Shown piece after piece: positions 1 through 9,601 of a stretch of 38,145 nucleotides of DNA (its first letter is position 1; every line of letters starts with the position of its first letter). Origin of the DNA: Basidiobolus meristosporus CBS 931.73. Its lineage: Eukaryota > Fungi > Basidiobolomycota. Location of the stretch: the NCBI GenBank assembly GCA_002104905.1, contig MCFE01000767.1, positions 1-38,145 of the forward strand, written 5' to 3'. A model generated the notes under the pieces. The model ran no database searches. It was not told the origin of the DNA and was given only the letters and a program-made list of their open reading frames with translations. The translations under genes were made by a program, and so were the position numbers.

Positions 1-1427
1 ATTAGGATAATGCAGTCAACGAATCCAGAAAGCAGCATTACCAGTCGGGCAATATTCGAAGGATTAGGGTAATATCTCTGTGATGATGCTTTGTCCCGGA
101 GAATCTCAAACGTTTTTCCGCATACAAGTCTAGATTGCTCAACATTTGGTTGATCTGATCTCCTCAGTGAGTATATCTATCAGCATCAGCAATAGATTGC
201 AACCCCCATAGATTATGTCTTTGAAGGACACTCACGTCTGCAGTAATCAAAATTGATAAATTGCATAGCTGGCACAATTCCATACAAAGCGCAATACCAT
301 TGTCGCAAGCACCAAGGGCGTTGTCCATGCAGATCTCAAATCCAGACGTGCACTCTTTTATCCATGTAGTTTTGGTCATACGGTTGTATCTTTCAGACAA
401 CTGGCCAAGTAGGCATAATCCACATGGGTGATCCAAGCCGTTCATACGCGATAGATCAATTCGGTGAGAAGTGCTGTTATCCGAGTATTTATATGGCTCG
501 AAGACATCCCAAATTCGGCCGTTACCACATTTGTCATTCCTCAATCTGAAGGTACTGTCGACCACTATTATCTTGGGCTCACAAATTCCTTGAACGTGAC
601 ACCATAGTATGCTGCGATGTATATTTGGTAAGCTCGGAGTATCGCCTGTACTTATGTAGATTCCGTCAAATCACATGTAACTCCGACCAGGCCTTCTTGA
701 TCTGTACTGCTAGACCATCCAAGCAGGAGGTGCTGAAAATTTATTGGCCAAGAAAAAACTACATACTTCTTATATCAAGATTTGGTTAGAGTGAGTCATA
801 ATTCTTCTGCCATATATGAATCTGTTGCGATCCATTGGTTTAGCACCCAGCACCAATCATGATTTAATGCTTCGTCGATCTCTTCAGAATGGTGTATCGA
901 CAATTTTCAAAGTTGTCAATATGGTTCTATATGTTCCACCGTGGTTTTTCGCAACCTATCCGAGATACAAGATGGATTTGGGTGTCAAGAGATCTATTCA
1001 GCAATTAAACCTCTAGCTTTTCTACAGGCTAATTCGAAGAATTTACAACGCCCCGAAAGTTACCAAGGCTCTCAACGCTCTCTATGACCCTAAGTATTTG
1101 AAGGGGCTTTCAAGAACCTCACCCCAGACATCCTATCGTTTGATTTACAAAATTTTCTGAAAGTATAAGCGCATTATCACAATTAAATATACCAATGACG
1201 GAATATCATGCAAATCTCATGGTTCTCTAAGTCACCATCAACACTTGCCAAAATATTGTCAAAAGTTTGAGATCTCCACATGATACAGTTGTAACTATTC
1301 AGTTTAGCCTTTAATCATTCATATGTCTGAAGATTCAATTTAGCTTATTGCTACACTATAGATTATTTACTTAAGAGTTAGTTCGTATGATATCAGCAAC
1401 TACTTCAAATAAGTGACGGCCTGGTTG

Positions 1428-1496
1428 TTGTCAAGATTTTCAGACTTGTCCAAAGGCCCCAGACCATGCGCGCCACACCCTGGACCCTTCCTAAAG
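1428..1496 (+). repeat. Short diverged fragment of the copia-family LTR
   Basis: aagattttcagacttgtccaaaggccccagaccatgcgcgccacaccctggacccttcctaa aligns loosely to the LTR mid-section aaaattctcaaagttgtccaaacagccccaaactttgcacacatgttcttgggaccttc. Confidence 0.5.
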
Positions 1497-2301
1497 ACAA
1501 TTATCACCAGATTAGCGAGCTTTTCAAACAGTTTAGATACTTTATTTGCACTCGATGAATAACGATTATCACGCAGCTTTTCTGGTGCTCTATTTCACGT
1601 TCAATACTTCCTAAAAAACTTGCAATAAATACAAACAAAAATAAAGCCTGGAAGTGATTTGGCAATACTTTTAGAGAGCAAGCACCTGACTTCACAGCCT
1701 TCTATGTGAATACAGTATATTCCTCCTATGTGCAAAACTTGTTGTGAAAATTTGTAATTCTACCTAAATACTCACCTAACTTAGTCATTTAGATCATTAC
1801 CTTCAAATCCTAGAGTATACTGACCAAATTCCTTGTCGGGATTTACTTTGAATATTTACCCAGAACATGAAAATTAGATCAGTTGTCCAAACAGCTGCAA
1901 ACTTTGCACACATGTTCTTGGGACCTTCCTAAGCCTATTCTATGTGTCTGCTATGTTGTAAAAATTTGGAATTCCACCTAAATATTCACCCAACTTAGTC
2001 AATTAGATCATTACCTTGAAATCCTAGAGAATACTGACCAGATTCCTTGTTGGAATTTACTTGGAATATATTCACCAAAATACCAGGTACCTAGAACATG
2101 AAAATCCTCAAAGTTGTCCAAACAGTCCCAAGCTTTGCACACATGCTCTTGGGACCTTCCTTAACCTATTCTACATGTTTGTAATGCCAAGACCATGTAA
2201 AAGTATAAATTCTACTTTTACATTCTATAAATCATTAAGTGAAAACCACATAATTTACTTGTATTCCTAATCATCTCCAATATCTCCAAACTCTTACAAC
2301 A

Positions 2302-2313
2302 GGTTATGAGCCC
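2302..2313 (+). other. Primer-binding site complementary to the anticodon stem-loop of initiator tRNA-Met (half-tRNA priming)
   Basis: GGTTATGAGCCC directly follows the LTR CA end. It is the reverse complement of GGGCUCAUAACC, as in Ty5 and Drosophila copia. An identical site is at 36795-36806. Confidence 0.85.
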
Positions 2314-5300
2314 CAAGCTGTCACTCACTGCAATGTCCACTACTGCTATTACTGGAATTCTTCCCTCTGCTGAAAAGTTTGATGGATCTAACCACCAAGT
2401 GTGGAAGGTGAAGATGAAGATGCAGCTACAAGAAAGAGGCCTCTGGGATATTGTCATGGGAGAAGTATGCTCTCCTGAAAATGTGGGAGAGGAAGCCATA
2501 AAGTACCAGAAGAAAGAACCAAGTGCCTTTAACTGCATTTGCCTTAATGTTAAAGACAAATTGCTAATTCAATGCTTGAGAGCAAAAACAGCAAAGAATG
2601 CCTGGAAGGCATTAGAAGACTCCTACCAGTCATGTTCAGCTGCCAAGAAAATGTATCTCAGATGAAAATTCTCTACTACAAAGATGCTGCCAGGAGAAGA
2701 AATGAAAAATCTAATTAACAGAATTAGCCTGCTGGTAGATGAAAAGGAATCTGTGGGCGTACCAACTACTGACAAGGATGTGATAGTTACCATCCTGAGT
2801 AGCCTGACAGACAAGTTTCAGGGTCTTGTATCAGCCCTAGAGTCCAGAACTGTAGATTTGACATTAAATTACATATATGGAAAGCTCCTGGATGAAGAAT
2901 TAAGAAAATCAAGTGCCAATAAAAAGGAAGAAGAAAATGCTTTAATAAGCAATGATATCCAACAAAGGAGGTATCCAAGACCCTACAAAGGCAACAGCAA
3001 CCTGTTTTGTAACTACTGCAAAAGGAAAGGACACACATCAGACCAGTGCTTCAAAAAGAAAGATAGTCAGCAGAAAAAGCGTGAATATGGAAATGCTGCA
3101 ACAACTGAAGATAGACTATTCATATCTGCACTAAATCTGACCACAAGCCAGGATTCTCAGACTTGGTATATTGACTCTGGAGCTTCTCAACACATTACAC
3201 ACCAAAAAGAACTTTTTACCCAATATCAAGAAATTCCATTTAGAAGGTTTTTATGGGTGACAATAGAACACTTGATGCAGTGGGAGAAGGAACTAACCAA
3301 GTAAACCTAGAAGCAGTGAAGGAAGTAATACATTGGCTTTCAAAGAAGTACTCTATGTACCAGAAATAGCCAAGAACCTACTATCTGTAAGCAAGGCCAC
3401 TGCAGAAGGACTCAGTTTCAGCTTTGACAATTCTGGATGCAAGATCACTGATCAAAATGGTGCCCATATTGCCTTGGGTATCAGAGATCAGAGTCTATAC
3501 AAGTTGACTTATATTCTATCAAATTTGGAAGCCAATATAAGTAACTTAAATGAAGAAACACCAATGCTTTGGCACAGGAGATTTGGGCTCATCAACTTTG
3601 ATTATTTGTGCAAAATGATCAAAGATTGGATAATTTCTGGAGTGAAAATTGCTCCCCCAGCTAATTTGTGGCACTGTCAAGCCTGCATATATGGGAAACA
3701 AGCCAGACAATTGTTCAAGAGCTCTTGGTTGATCAAAACTAAGAAAAAACTAGATCTAATTTGCTCAGATCTGTGTGGACCTATGCAAAATTTATCCTTA
3801 GGCGGGATGAAGTATTTGATCACTTTTATTGATGATTATACAAGATACACATGGGTCTACTTCATGGAGAGAAATGAAGAAGCTCTGTCTAAGCTCAGGG
3901 AGTTTAAAGCCATGGCGGAGAGAGAAACTGGTGAAATAATCAAGAAAATATGCTCTGCCAATGGTGGAGAATATACCTCAAAACTCTTCATCCACTTCTG
4001 CAAAATTCATAGGATAAAGCAAGAGACTACAGTACCATACTCCCCACAGCAAAATGGGGAAGCAGAACATGCTAACAGATCAATAATTGATATGATAAGA
4101 TGTATGAACTGTGATCAAAAATCATCCTATGATTTTTGGGTGGAATCAGTTGCTACAGCTGTATACCTTAATAATAGGAGTTATAACAGAATACTTTATG
4201 GTTCTACTCCATTTGAAGCATGATATGGATACAGACCAAGTGCAGAACATCCAAGAATATTTGGGTGTACAGTATATGCCAAAAAACTGGCCGGAAATCA
4301 GTCAAAATTTGAGCCAAAAAGTGTAAAATGCATATTTTTGGGCTACTGCAATGAGAGTAAGGCATACAGACTCTACAATACCAAAGCAAAGAAGCTGATC
4401 AAGTCCAGGGATGTGTTGTTTGATGAAAATTCAAAATTTGCACAAAAAATGACATCAGATGATGACAAAAATTTGATCTCAAGTCCACCAATTGTCAGGA
4501 TTGAATCAGAGCAAAACAATGAAAATTTTTTCACTCCAGAGGTCTCTACAACCATAGTTCAGCCAGAATCAGTGCCCAGGAATATCCCAGAAGTGATAAT
4601 TCCAATATCAAATGCCGGGAGATCCAATCTGACAAGAAATAGCCCAAATTACTATATCAATGAAAGTATAAACTTAGCCTATGCCTATTCAGTCCATATT
4701 GATGAACCCCAGACTGTAAAAGAGGCCCTAAATAGCCCTCAGACAAGGTTTTGGAGATCTACAAAGAATGAGGAATATCAGGCCCTGATGGAAAATCAAA
4801 CTTGGGACTTAGTCAAATTACCAATCAACCAAAAATCAATTGGATGCAGATGGGTCTTCAAGACAAAATACAAGGCTGATGGTACAATTGAAAGATACAA
4901 GGCAAGACTTGTAGCCAAAGGATACTCTCAAACAAAAGGACTTGACTATATGGAGACCTTTGCACCAGTAGCCAAGTTTAATTCCATCAGATCAATATTG
5001 TCTATTGCAGCCAAATATAAGTTTTTTATTCATCAAATGGATGTAAAAACTGCATTTTTGAATGGAGAACTTGATGAGGATGTGTATATGGACCAGCCTG
5101 TTGGGTTTGTTGACCAAGATAACCCCCATTTGGTCTGCAAGCTTAAAAAGTTGCTATAGGGTCTCAATCAATCACCAAGAGACTGGAACTGCAAGATAGA
5201 TTCTTATTTGGAATCTTTGAGTTTCAAAATGAATAATGCTGACTGTAGTATATACTATAAGCCAGATAGAGCAAATCCAGCTTGATTAGCTCTATATGTG

Positions 5301-6274
5301 GATGATCTTATTATAGCCACCAATAACCTAGCAACATTGGAAGAGACTAAATACAGCCTATCTAAGGAGTTCAAGATGTCCAATCTAGGTGACCTCAGTT
5401 ACTACTTAGGGATTAAATTCTCCATAGACAGAAGTACCCAGACTATCACCCTAAGTCAATCCAAGTATATTCAAGATATACTAAAGAAGTACCAAATGGA
5501 AGACTGTAAACCGGCAGCTACCCCAATGGAGACAAACCTTAACTTGGTCAAAACTCAACCAAATCAAGAGAGCTTGGTGCCATCTGAAAGCCCTGACTTT
5601 CCTTACCAATCTATGATTGGCAGTCTGATGTATATCATGCTTGGAACACGTCCAGATATCTCATATTCAGTGGGAGTTGTCAGCCAACATAATTAGAACT
5701 ATGGATCTGATCATATTGCAGCAGTTAAGCGGATTTTTAGATACCTAAAAGGAACTGCTGATATCTGCTTAAGATATACATATAAGGATTTAGAACAGGA
5801 TCTTGTGGGATACTCTGATGCAGATTGGGGACAAAATTTGGAAGACAAAAGATCCACTACAGGATACACCTTTCTTTACTGTAAAGGAGCAATTTTATAG
5901 AACTCAAGAAAGCAACCAACCGTAGCACTTTCTACCACAGAGGCAGAGTATATGGCAGCCTGTGAAGCTACAAAAGAAGCAACGTAGTTAACAAAACTTT
6001 TTACAGATTTAGGCCTATGTCAAAAATGCCCATTACTTTATTTCAAGAAAATCAAGGATGTATACAATTGGGTAGAAATCCAACTTTTCATGCTAGAACC
6101 AAGCACATAGATATTAGACATCATTTCATATGTGAAGCTATAGAGAATAACTTAGTTAGCTTAGTTTACTGTCCTACAGATGAAATGATTGCAGACATAT
6201 TTACCAAACCATTAGCTAGAGACAAGTTTGAATATCTTAGGTCAAAACTAGGACTAGTCAGTATGAACATTTAG
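2306..6274 (+). pseudogene. Disrupted copia gag-pol polyprotein
   Basis: Zinc knuckle CNYCKRKGHTSDQC, protease WYIDSGASQH, integrase LWHRRFG...CQAC, SDLCGP, CSANGGEY (catalytic Asp replaced by Ala), RT AKGYSQ, QMDVKTAFLNG, LYVDDL, RNaseH GYSDADW, RTKHIDIRHHF. In-frame stops at 2663, 4221, 5157, 5694, 5898 and 5985. Single-base deletions near 3243 and 3307 relative to copy 2, and a further frameshift near 6015. Confidence 0.95.
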
Positions 6275-6276
6275 CT

Positions 6277-6285
6277 GAGTGGGAG
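6277..6285 (+). other. Polypurine tract of the copia element
   Basis: GAGTGGGAG lies immediately before the 3' LTR TGTTG and 2 nt after the pol stop codon. Confidence 0.8.
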
Positions 6286-6844
6286 TGTTGTAAAAATTTG
6301 TAATTCCACCTAAATATTCACCTAACCTAGTCACTTAGATCATTACCTTCAAATCCTAGAGAATACTGACCATATTCCATGTTGGGATTTACTTGGAATA
6401 TATTCACCAAAATACCAGGTACCTAGAACATGAAAATTCTCAAAGTTGTCCAAACAGCCCCAAACTTTGCACACATGTCTTTGGGACCTTTCTTAGCCTA
6501 TTCTATATTCTTGTAATGCCAAGACCAGGTAAAAGTATAAATACTACTTTGACATTCAATAAATCATAAAGTGAAAATCACATAATCTACTTGCTCTCCC
6601 AATCACTTCCAATATCTTCAAAACTCTTACAACATGCTATGCCAAGACCATGTAAAAGTATAAATACTACTTTTACATTCAATAAGTCATTAAGTGAAAA
6701 CCTCATAATATATTTGTCCAACCAATCACTTCCACTATCCCCAAGACTCTTACTGCAACTTAGGGCATAGTAAAGAAGCTCAACTAAACAATCAGTGGCT
6801 AGAATCTGCTGTGAATTGTACCAGCTAAATTGCCAAGTTCTCAA

Positions 6845-7542
6845 TGTTGAAATTTTGTATTCACATGAATGCCCACTGGACCTGGTCTCTTGAATTTTAG
6901 TCTACATATCTTAGAGAATACTTGCCAAAATCCTTGTTGTGATTTACTTTAAATATTCCACCAAAATATCAGGTACCCAGGACATGAGAAATCTCAAAGT
7001 TGTCCCAACAGCCCCAAACCTTATACATGTGTACTTGGGACCTTCCTGAGCATATTCTCCCAGTTCATTTTACCAAGATCATGTAATAGTATAACTACCA
7101 CTTTTAAATTGAATAAATTGTGAAGTAAAACCTGCAGTAAGAGTCTTGGAAATATTGGATGTGATTGGGAGAACAAGTAAATTATGTGGTTTTCACTTGG
7201 GGATTTATTGAATGTAAGAGTAGTATTGATACTTCTAGGTAGTCTTGGGAGAACAAACACATAAAGTATACTTAGGATGGTCCCAAGAGCATGTGTGCAA
7301 AGTTTGGGGCTATTTGGACAACTTGAAATATTTTCACCAAAACATCTGGTACCCAGGACATGAAAATTTGTTAAGTAGATCCCAACAAGGAATTTGGTCA
7401 GTATTCTCTAAGATTTGTAGGCAATGATCTAAGTGACTAAGTTAGGTGAATATTTAGGTGGAATTCCAAACCTCCACAACCAAACCCACATACTCCTCCT
7501 GTTCTTCCAATCACTTCGAATATCTCCAATACTTTTACAGCA
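6845..7542 (+). mobile_element. Solo LTR B with TSD CTCAA, split by solo LTR C
   Basis: Starts tgttg at 6845 and ends ttttacagca at 7542. CTCAA is present at 6840-6844 and 7543-7547. Length minus the insert and one TSD is 344 nt, as expected for the family. Confidence 0.85.
7133..7481 (-). mobile_element. Solo LTR C in reverse orientation inside LTR B, TSD AAACC
   Basis: 349 nt matching the reverse complement of the LTR. AAACC is present at 7128-7132 and 7482-7486, and the target corresponds to the consensus gaaaaccacata. Confidence 0.85.
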
Positions 7543-8281
7543 CTCAAAGCATAGTATTTCTCAAGGTTACCCCCGATTTTGCACACATATCCTTGGAATT
7601 TGCCTTAACCTATTCCGCATGGCTGCATTACACTGGTCACTTTGGTTGATAATTTTTGGTAGGACCCAATCCACAGTTGAGCTGAGGCCAGAATTAAATA
7701 TGATGACTATTGATCAAGTTAAACCTTAAGTCACTTTTAATATGCCCCATATCCTCTTGTTGAACTCTTGAAAACAGTCAGCCACTGAGAATACTGAAGG
7801 CCTGGAAAATTTGACAAGCATCAGGGGTGATCAGTAAAACTAATTTGTACAAGTCCACTAAACCTAAATGACAGCAACTTACTTGGGGAAGAATGGAATC
7901 AATCATTGTATTCCCATATCACAGATCACATTGAACCCCCCCCCCATTTCAGCCGTCCGTGCTCCATTGTAAAATATTGTTGGATCAAGAGCGCAGAATT
8001 CTATATGCGATGAGGAGATGGATGCTCATCAAGCCAGTTTATTGATGAACTATGTTTAGATTATTGTACAGGTTCGGTGGGGGATAATTAGTTTTCATAC
8101 ACCTGGTACACCTCAACTGATTGAGATGCCAAGGATCTCATAAATGTAGATACGTTTGTGGATAACACCAGTCCTGGACTGATCTAAACCCTTGGCTGAG
8201 TATGTGCTCCATTCCCACTAATGTATCCGGCACGAGGTATGGGCATGTATCAGAAGCGGATTCTCAGTAGCGAGGTAGGAG

Positions 8282-9601
8282 TTACTCATTGGTCCAGGTT
8301 TCCCAGTCTAGACTATGCACTGTATCTAATGGCTTGGTTCGAAGCAGTGTCACCAGTCGGGCAATGTTCGAAGTGTACGTGCAGATGAACTCCTCAGCGG
8401 TGGCTGCCAGCGTGACATCTGTGATAAGCTCAGCTGTTTGCCTAAACTGATGTTCCTCGCTGGACACCCGGAAGTCATCCTGCTGGTAGCCCTTCCGCTG
8501 GTCGAGCGGTGACCAACTAGCGGCGCCGTCAGGCAGTTGCGCAAACGCGTCCAACAGCCCGAATATCTCAATGTTGGCATGGTCCGCCAGAAGCCTACGC
8601 AACTCCTGCATGGCATTGTCATCGTCGCTGAATACGAACAAGACAATGTCCCGGTTGGGATACTTGGTTTTGGATAGCTCCAAGAGCTTTTCCGCATACG
8701 AGGAGGTCTCGACCTTCTTCATCTCCCAGTCAAGCTTATCTCCACGACGGATATGCATCGAGATCAGCACCCGGTTTGTACTCTCCACATAATGCTTTCG
8801 GATGCCCTTCACCACGTCAAGTATGAACGACTTCGGCTCCCACAGTGCTTGCGCGACGATCCTTTTTCTCTCGTACACTGGCTCCTTGATTGTCAATCTT
8901 TGATCGAAATAAAAATCGCCGAAGTTGTCTCGTAAATGCTCCACAAATACATGGCCGCTGAACCCGGGCTTCCGAATATCCTTAGGTGCTCCTGATGCTT
9001 CGCGCCAGCGCTCCGTTCCAGGAGAGTATGTATCCAGGACAATGGGTGCGGAGGAGTTTGTCGAGTAGTCGGTGAAGAAGGTTGACCATGAGATATAGCA
9101 CCATTCGTGGGACTGCATGTGAAAAGCAATATTGTTGTCGAGGGCGAAGAGGAATGCGCTGAACGCATTGTTAATGTAGCTGCCAAAGCCTGTGGTACAA
9201 TCCCTTAGCAAGTATGTGATCGAGGGGGTATCCAAAGTGTATTTGTGGGATCGATAGGAGTTTCTGAATAGCTCAACATCAGAAGAGTGGAAATAATATC
9301 TGCTCCCGGCTGTTTCTTTCGGAAATAAGAAGAACCACGCCAGCACACAACACAAGGAAATCATCAAGCAGTAAAGGAGGATTTTGAGCTTTCTACGAGG
9401 AGGTTTATAGCTATTTACAGGCTGTTCCTTGCCTTCCTCGAACCGCAGTAAACTCCATTTTTTTGGTTCCACCACATTGGCGACTTGTCTTCTCCAGTAC
9501 CCGAAGGTAAATTTGGGGGATCCAAACAGACGCTGGTACATGATTAATGGGAGTTCGGTGAAAAGTCTTATCGCCTGGGTATTTATAGGGCTCGAAGGCA
9601 T
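8282..9601 (-). CDS. GT23 / FUT8-NodZ-like alpha-1,6-fucosyltransferase-superfamily enzyme, type II membrane protein, intronless, 439 aa from the first ATG
   Basis: Single TM ILLYCLMISLCCVLAWFFLF. Fucosyltransferase motifs SMHIRRGDK, LFVFSDD and TDVTLAATAEEFICTYTSNIARL (FUT8: [37 protein letters not shown]). The ORF-track start at 9631 is GTG; the first in-frame ATG is at 9601. Confidence 0.85.
   Translation of the reverse strand: MPSSPINTQAIRLFTELPLIMYQRLFGSPKFTFGYWRRQVANVVEPKKWSLLRFEEGKEQPVNSYKPPRRKLKILLYCLMISLCCVLAWFFLFPKETAGSRYYFHSSDVELFRNSYRSHKYTLDTPSITYLLRDCTTGFGSYINNAFSAFLFALDNNIAFHMQSHEWCYISWSTFFTDYSTNSSAPIVLDTYSPGTERWREASGAPKDIRKPGFSGHVFVEHLRDNFGDFYFDQRLTIKEPVYERKRIVAQALWEPKSFILDVVKGIRKHYVESTNRVLISMHIRRGDKLDWEMKKVETSSYAEKLLELSKTKYPNRDIVLFVFSDDDNAMQELRRLLADHANIEIFGLLDAFAQLPDGAASWSPLDQRKGYQQDDFRVSSEEHQFRQTAELITDVTLAATAEEFICTYTSNIARLVTLLRTKPLDTVHSLDWETWTNE

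Larger units (their letters stand above)
1954..6634 (+). mobile_element. Full-length but decayed Ty1/copia LTR retrotransposon (4681 bp)
   Basis: 5' LTR 1954-2301 and 3' LTR 6286-6634, both TGTTG...CAACA, with about 33 differences in ~349 nt by manual alignment (~90%). Perfect 5-bp TSD TGCTA at 1949-1953 and 6635-6639. PBS 2302-2313, PPT 6277-6285, domain order gag-PR-IN-RT-RNaseH. Confidence 0.97.
1740..6757 (+). mobile_element. Solo LTR A, split by the full-length copia element (halves 1740-1953 and 6640-6757)
   Basis: Removing 1954-6639 rejoins cctattctatgtgtc-tgcta-tgccaagaccatg, which matches the LTR consensus cctattctatgtgtttgtaatgccaagaccatg. It starts TGTTG at 1740 and ends ctcttactgca at 6757. 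Its own TSD is not clean (aaact vs actta). Confidence 0.85.

Noticed and set aside
1-1160. Cys-rich 133-aa ORF, a LysM-like string (IAAYYGVTFKEF) on the minus strand, and LRR-like strings on the plus strand
   Set aside because: Every candidate frame is broken by stops and the two strands give competing weak readings, so no consistent gene model emerges. It may be a pseudogene cut by the window edge.
2061-2270. Short ORFs in LTRs and antisense to gag-pol (also 2787-3038, 6587-6844, 7021-7729, 13298-13492, 34880-35253, 35954-36175, 37280-37824)
   Set aside because: They are shadow frames of LTR or pol sequence, and their mutual similarity only reflects the repeat.
2302-2313. tRNA gene
   Set aside because: Only a 12-nt complement to tRNA-iMet (PBS). 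I recognised no cloverleaf anywhere in the window.
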